Assembly: GCF_006345805.1 (NCBI RefSeq)
Contig: NC_042997.1
Location: 160,332,001 to 160,396,000 of the forward strand
Length of the DNA stretch: 64,000 nucleotides
Direction of reading: 5' to 3'
Origin: Octopus sinensis
Taxonomy: Eukaryota
Position numbers and translations under genes: made by a program. The notes beneath the pieces were generated by a model that was not told the origin of the DNA, searched no databases, and saw nothing but the letters and a program-made list of their open reading frames with translations. This document shows positions 57,870 to 64,000 of the stretch, piece by piece (position 1 is the first letter of the stretch; each line of letters begins with the position of its first letter).

Positions 57870-60112
57870 TTTAGTCACCTACCAATCTGGTAGACACACT
57901 AGTCAAATTGACTACATCCTCACTAGGAAACAGGAAAGACGACTACTTGTAAATGCCCAAACCTTCCCAGGTGAAGAATGTACCCCACAATATAGATTAG
58001 TAGTTAGCGACTTCAGGATCAGGGCTAAATGGATGCCCAGAAGATGACTAGAATGGCGAAGGGTCTGGAAGCTTAAGGATCCTGCAAAAAGAGATTGAGA
58101 GACATATTACTCAAAGCTGTGGAAGACAACTAGAGTTTTCTACAGGACAACCTTTTGAGGGCTAGTGACCAGATCTGTGGATGGTGCAAAGTCTCCTCTC
58201 AACCCAAGGTAACATGGTGGTGGAACAATGTTGTTGACAGGGCTAGTAAGGAAAAGAAACAGGCTTTGAAGGACTGGAAGACCGGTGATAGCAGGGAATT
58301 GTATCAGACTGCCAAAAGGGAAGCTAGGAGATAGGTTTATTTGGCCAGAGGGGAAGCAGATAAGGAAAAATTTGTCAATGTTCTGTGCCGTGATGACCAA
58401 AGACTTGAAGTATTTTCCTGTTGCCAAACAGTGTGTGAGAGAGAATCACGATGTCCTAGGAGAGAAATGTGTCCTCATGGGTGACGGTTCACTTGCTTCA
58501 AACGAAGCTGCAAAGAGACAGGTTTGGAGACGCCATTATGAAAGTTTGCTAAATAAAGTGAATGAATGTGAGAAAGAGAGTCTGCCGAATGCCGGCCCAA
58601 CAGAGGGACCAGCTATCTATCTAAATTGACAGTGCCTTGGTAGGTAAAGCAATTAAGGGTATGAAGACAGGGAAAGCACCCGGACAATCAGGAATCACCA
58701 CAGAGATGCTCAAACTATCTAGCGGTGTCGGCTATAGCCTAGTCAACCAGGTGATACATGAAGGAGTCATACCCAATGACTGGTGTAGCAGCACCATAGT
58801 CAACTGCTAACAAAGGTAAAGGTGACGCATTAGATACAAATAATTACAGAGGTATCAAGTTGTTGGATCAGGTAATGAAGGTCACGGAGAGGGTCATAGC
58901 CCACGTAATTAGGGAGAGAGGTAGTCTAGATGTGATGCAGTTTCGGTTCGTGCCAGGGGAAAGCACCACTGATGCTATATTTCTGATAAGACAGATGCAG
59001 GAGAAATAGCTAGTCCAAGATAAAACTCTGTACCTGGCTTTCATTGACAGTGTCCTCCGATCCCCTATCTGGTGATCAATGAGGAGACTAGAGATGGATG
59101 AATGTTTATTGAGAGCTGTACAAGCCATGTACAGTAAGGTGACGGTTGGCAACGAGTACAGTGAAGAATATCGGGTAGGGGTAAGGGTCAACCTAAGATC
59201 AGTCCTCAGCCCCCTCTTATTCATTATAGTCCTCCAGGCAATAACAGAGGAATTCAAGACAGGCTGCTCCTCTATGCTGATGACCTTGCACTAATAGCAG
59301 AGTCACTGCTGGAACTGGAGCCAAAGGTAAGCGCATGGAAGCAAAGTCTAGAATTGAATGGCCTTAGGGCTAACCTAGCCAAAACCAAAGTTTTAGTTAG
59401 TGTGCAGGCTGTCAAATCACAAACTCCTCTGTAGAAAAGGCATTGGTAGAAACTCCATACGATGCACCCGGTGTAAGCTATGGACACATAAAAGGTGCAG
59501 CAATATCAAAGGAAGGTTAACTGGGAAAATTATTTCTTGTGTGTGGCAGATGCAGTGGGGCAATAAACACTGAAGGTGTTCAGAAAACAGCTTCCATTAC
59601 ATGCCTGGGGAAGAAACTAGAAGTAGTAAATACTTTCTACTACCTAGGCGACCAAGTATGTAGTGGGAGTGATTGTTCTGCGAGTGTAGCAACTAGAGTA
59701 ATAATAGCCTGAGCAAATTCAGGGAGCTCCTACTTCTGCTGGCAGCTAAATGCCCCTCACTCAGGGGGAAAGGTGGACTGTATGATGCATGTGTGTGAAC
59801 TGCCATGCTATACAGTAGTGAAACATGGGCCATGAATGCCGAGGACATGCGTAAGCTTGCAGTATGCTTGAGTCAAGTAAAACCAATACCGTAGCTGGGG
59901 GCCGGTGACCCGCTAGCTGGCTCCTGTGCTGATGAGACATAAGAACACCCACTACACTCTCAGAATAGTTGGCGTTAGGAAGGGCATTTAGATGTAGAAA
60001 TTATGCTAGACTAGATTGGAGCCTGTTGCAGCAGCTGGCTCTCCAAGACTTCAGTCAAACTGTCCAACCCATGCCATCATGGAAAACGGACGTTAATCGA
60101 TGATGATGATGA
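57870..60112 (+). mobile_element. RTE-clade LINE, 5'-truncated and decayed
   Basis: WWNNVVDRASKEKK, GKAPGQSGITTEMLK, QFRFVPGESTTDAIF, LYADDLALI, Cys-rich SIRCTRCKLWTHKRC insert. 3' tail GGACGTTAA-(GAT)n. Confidence 0.9.
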
Positions 60113-60649
60113 CAACGACGATAATTATATTAGTAATAAAGTTGGGTGCAGACAAGAGCGATTTGTAGTAGAGAGCAATAGCGTTTGGAGCGAGCAAAGA
60201 GTTGGCGGCCGGCGATGCGATCGATCGAAAAGCTGTCATCTCGGCGGCGATATCGCCTGTGAGTGTGTGTCCGGTAGCGTACGTAACACACGGACGCATC
60301 GCGTTTATGCACGCGGCTAAGGCAGCTATTGCTCTCTAATAATCGCTTGCTTTTTATTAACTTAATGCATTCTTCACTTCGGCATACTGGGCAGATATAG
60401 CATCGCATTCATGCACGCATTAGCTGTCTATCACCGCCTTAGCTATCATAAACAAACACAAGTTCATGTATGATATTAATCTTTCTTCTACTTCAATTAT
60501 TACATGGTTTTCTCTTATAAAAATACACACATACAGGAGAAGTAAATTATACATATAATACTATAAATGTGGCTCTCGATAAACAGTCAAAGTAATTACC
60601 TGATCAACAATGGGTTTTACTGCTAGTATATATGTATACTAGCAGTATA

Positions 60650-62209
60650 CAGGTGACCAAATCTGATTTTCTAAAAATATCACTCAAGTATAATATTTTT
60701 TTTAAACTCAGAAAGTCTTTCCAAAATTTTATTAGCTGTATCAGTTTGTCTTGGAGTTGTAATGAGTCATCTGACTCTTGAACATAAAAAAGTGGATTAA
60801 TGGCTCCTACAAATTCACTAGTCTTTCAAGGCTCATGCCTTTTGACCCATCTTACTTCTGTGTGAAGCAATAGGGTTTTAAAATCTTTTAAAATCTTCAT
60901 CTTCACAGAGTTTGATTTGACAATGTTATTTGTATGTATGGAAGTGTTGAGTGCATTTTCCATGTGTCCTCCAATATTCTTAGCAACAACATGCTGTCTG
61001 TGGATAATGCAACATATATTTAAAATGTGAGGAGCAACCGATTTCATTCTAGAAACAAAGCCTTTCACTTTTCCAGTTATGGCTGCAGCTCCATATGATG
61101 CAGTGTTGATCAAATTAGTCGATGGAATATTTTTATCATTAAAATACTGCATTACTTCATTGAATATATCTTCTCCATTAGTTGTTTAAAAAAAAACTTT
61201 TAATGAATAACATTTCTTCCCTTATATCATCTTCATGGTTGAATCTGACATAGACCAGAAGGATAACTTGGTTATGAATTGTGCTATCATCAACCTGGAT
61301 AGAAAAATTGGTCGTTCGGAGAATTTCCACAATCTTCTTTCTCCTCAACAAAATTAGACATTTCATCCTGTCTTCTTGTAATTGTGTTATTTGAAAGTGG
61401 AATTGTACTCAGAGTAGGTTCAGCATCTTTTCCCAGAACCTCATTTGCTCAAGCTATCATAGCAGGCTTGACAAGATTCTCACCTTAAATCTGAGGTGCT
61501 GCAACCTTGGCAATAATTTCAGAAACCAAATAACTTGGTTTGAGTATCTTTACTTTTTCAATATTTATCTTCTTTACAAAGTCAGGTAGTTTGATTAGCG
61601 GTATTTTCTTTTTATTCTCAAAATATTCCCGACCTTTACCAACAGATGATGGATGCCTTAATTTCTGGTGCTGCTCCAGCTTAACTTTCTTCATGGAATA
61701 ATTTGTCATGATGGCATTATATTCAAGATACATAGGTTTTGAGTCTACAGATACAAAACCAAACATGATAAAATCTTCTTTGCATTTCTTCAGTTTTGCC
61801 TTTTTAGCAGTTGGTTCAGTTATTACAACTGATCATAAAAAAAATAAAAATAATAAATATTTTATTTCTATAAATTTAAAGTATCAAATTTATTATTAAA
61901 CAATATTATGTAGTGATCTATTAAAAATATCGAATTTATTATGAAACTGTTGTGATTATAAAATTTAAATTATGTAGTTCTTGATTGTAATATATCATTG
62001 ATTATATATTATACATCATTGATTCTTATGGAATAATTATTGAATTTTGTTTTCTTATTATTATTCTGTCTTCATATAAATTATTATTAACTAACAGTGT
62101 CTTTATTATCAAACAATATTGTGTAGATCTGAAATGGCTTCAATTTTTTACGGCTACGAATTCTCTGGGGACCACTGGTGGGTTCCAGGGACCACATTGG
62201 GAATCACTG
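60650..62209 (-). mobile_element. hAT (Charlie/Buster-type) transposon; 5' TIR present, 3' truncated
   Basis: Terminus CAGTGATTCCCAATGTGGTCCC. BED-like FGFV..SMKKVKLEQH, FSIQVDDST, GAAAITG, CCIIHRQ, LLLHTEVRW. Confidence 0.88.
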
Positions 62210-62487
62210 CTTTAAACAATACTGGATGAAATGAATATTGAAATTATTTACAAATTTTGTTAGTACATGAAACATGTTATAATTTACAAGTTCCAGTAGA
62301 ATATGTGACAAAGATAATATTCCTAGCTGAACTTATTCCCTTTAATTTTCTTGTACCAGAAACTTCCAACCCCAGCCAATATTAACGCCAGATAACTTAC
62401 GCAGGACATTTTCATAATAAAGAAGAAAAAATTAAAAGGCTTTCATCTTTTTCTTTAAACAAAAGAATTTTTATAAAGATATATATA

Positions 62488-62645
62488 AAGGATAGCTTTA
62501 TGGTTGAAAAATTTGCTTCACATCCATGGGTTTCTGGGTTCAATTATGCTGTATGGTATATTGGGTAAGTGTCTTTTACTGTAGTCTTAGGTTGATCAAT
62601 GTCATGTGAGTCAAATTGGGAGAATGATTCTATGAAGAAGCCCGC
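62488..62645 (+). mobile_element. Decayed SINE (family of 37805-38120)
   Basis: GGGTTCAAT B-box remnant and TTGGGTAAGTGTCTTTTACTGTAG core. Confidence 0.5.
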
Positions 62646-63472
62646 AAGATGTGTTTGTGTGTATGTGTGTGTGTTCATTTACATGTTTACTACTCTAGTA
62701 TACTAGGCTATCAAAGGTTACTTTCAATGAACAGGCATCGTTAAAATGGGACCCTGCCCTATGTTTGGAATTATCTCTAATATTGATAGGGTCAATGAAA
62801 GACACCCAAAGACAGTGCCTGAGCATGGTCATAGCACACTGACTGAAATTAATAAAAGAAGAAACAATTCTAGGTTTCAAAACATTTTTTAATGATAAAC
62901 ATCCAAATGTAAAGACAATGTTAAATGACTTTTCCAGGTGTAAATGTATGCATACATGCATAAATGGAATTTCCTTCTAAGTAGAAGTTCACCCGAAACA
63001 AAAGTCATGGAAATTATTAGGATGAATATTCTTTGGGTGGGAGATCAGAATAAATAAAAGAATGCAAGTGAATGTGTCATGTAAAGTGGGATGGGTGGGT
63101 TGGTGAGGTGCACAGCTGCCTTCAGAAACAACAGTAAAAAATCTCTGGTTTCATAATGGTTGAATCATTCGCCCAAAACAATGAGATTTTTGTTTCTTTT
63201 TTAAGACATGTAATAGTAGACATGTAGTGGGGGAATACTTATATTGATAGGAATCATTAATTAACAAGAAAATAATTATACATACACACACATATATATA
63301 TATATAAATATATATATACAAAATGAGAAAATGGAGAAATATATCCAAATCAATCATCAACCATCAGATAATACCGAATCAATACTTTATTAAACCACTA
63401 CACAATAGCAATGATATTATACATTAATATAGTGCAAATATAACAAGACATAGAAATACATTTACATTGTAG

Positions 63473-63582
63473 CTGACAGCTGTTTCGGCCGTGAAGACAG
63501 GTATGTCCCATTTAACCTATTAGCCATATAAAGCAGGTATAAATGAGACATTAACAAGAATATCTCACGGCCTCTTCAGAGA
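63473..63582 (-). ncRNA. Minimal hammerhead ribozyme with a long loop II
   Basis: Minus strand CTGAAGA-GGCCGTGA(~70 nt)TCACGGCC-GAAA-CAGCTG-TC. Perfect 8-bp stem II and palindromic stem III; stem I is only 2 bp. Confidence 0.75.
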
Positions 63583-64000
63583 ATTTAATGCAAGTATGAA
63601 AAAAATTTACATATAAATATAAATATGTGTGCATACACACTCATATTCTTACATATATATATATACACAATAATACAATATAAACAATATACATCAATAT
63701 GCATCAACAAACACAATAATGTTCCATATTGAACTCCACAGTTCCATAACCAACATCAAGAAACCACAACATGTACACTCACACTCAAAGCAGGCATATA
63801 TATTGAACAGTCCAATATATTAAAATGTGCCATTTCACAAAAAGTCAATAAAATTAATATCACCACGACTGATACATATATATTTCAATCATATATATAC
63901 ATATATACATATAAATATCATCAAATGCATGTATGTATCTGAATATGTCTTGTTTGATTTACATGTTTTTCGAGTCAAGTATGTTTTAAATTAAAAAATG

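Overview
AT-rich animal (eukaryotic) DNA dominated by repeats. The SINE, LINE and microsatellite make-up suggests an octopod cephalopod; this is an inference only. It contains three large R4/Dong-type non-LTR retrotransposons (RT + CCHC + restriction-like endonuclease) sitting in (TAA)n tracts, plus many fragments. It also has four Penelope-like elements (RT and/or GIY-YIG), an RTE LINE, Tc1/mariner and hAT DNA transposons, Helitron-like elements, tRNA-derived SINEs and MITEs. One likely host exon is present: signal peptide plus PAN/Apple-like domain, minus strand, 9327-8979. Most ORF-track entries are microsatellite artefacts. The most notable hidden layer is about ten minimal hammerhead-ribozyme motifs. 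They include a family with a non-canonical CUGUUGA core and a probable tRNA-head + (TAA)n + hammerhead SINE split by a full-length Dong insertion. That Dong element's first 24 nt are repeated 12 times. Most element boundaries are approximate and were read by eye.
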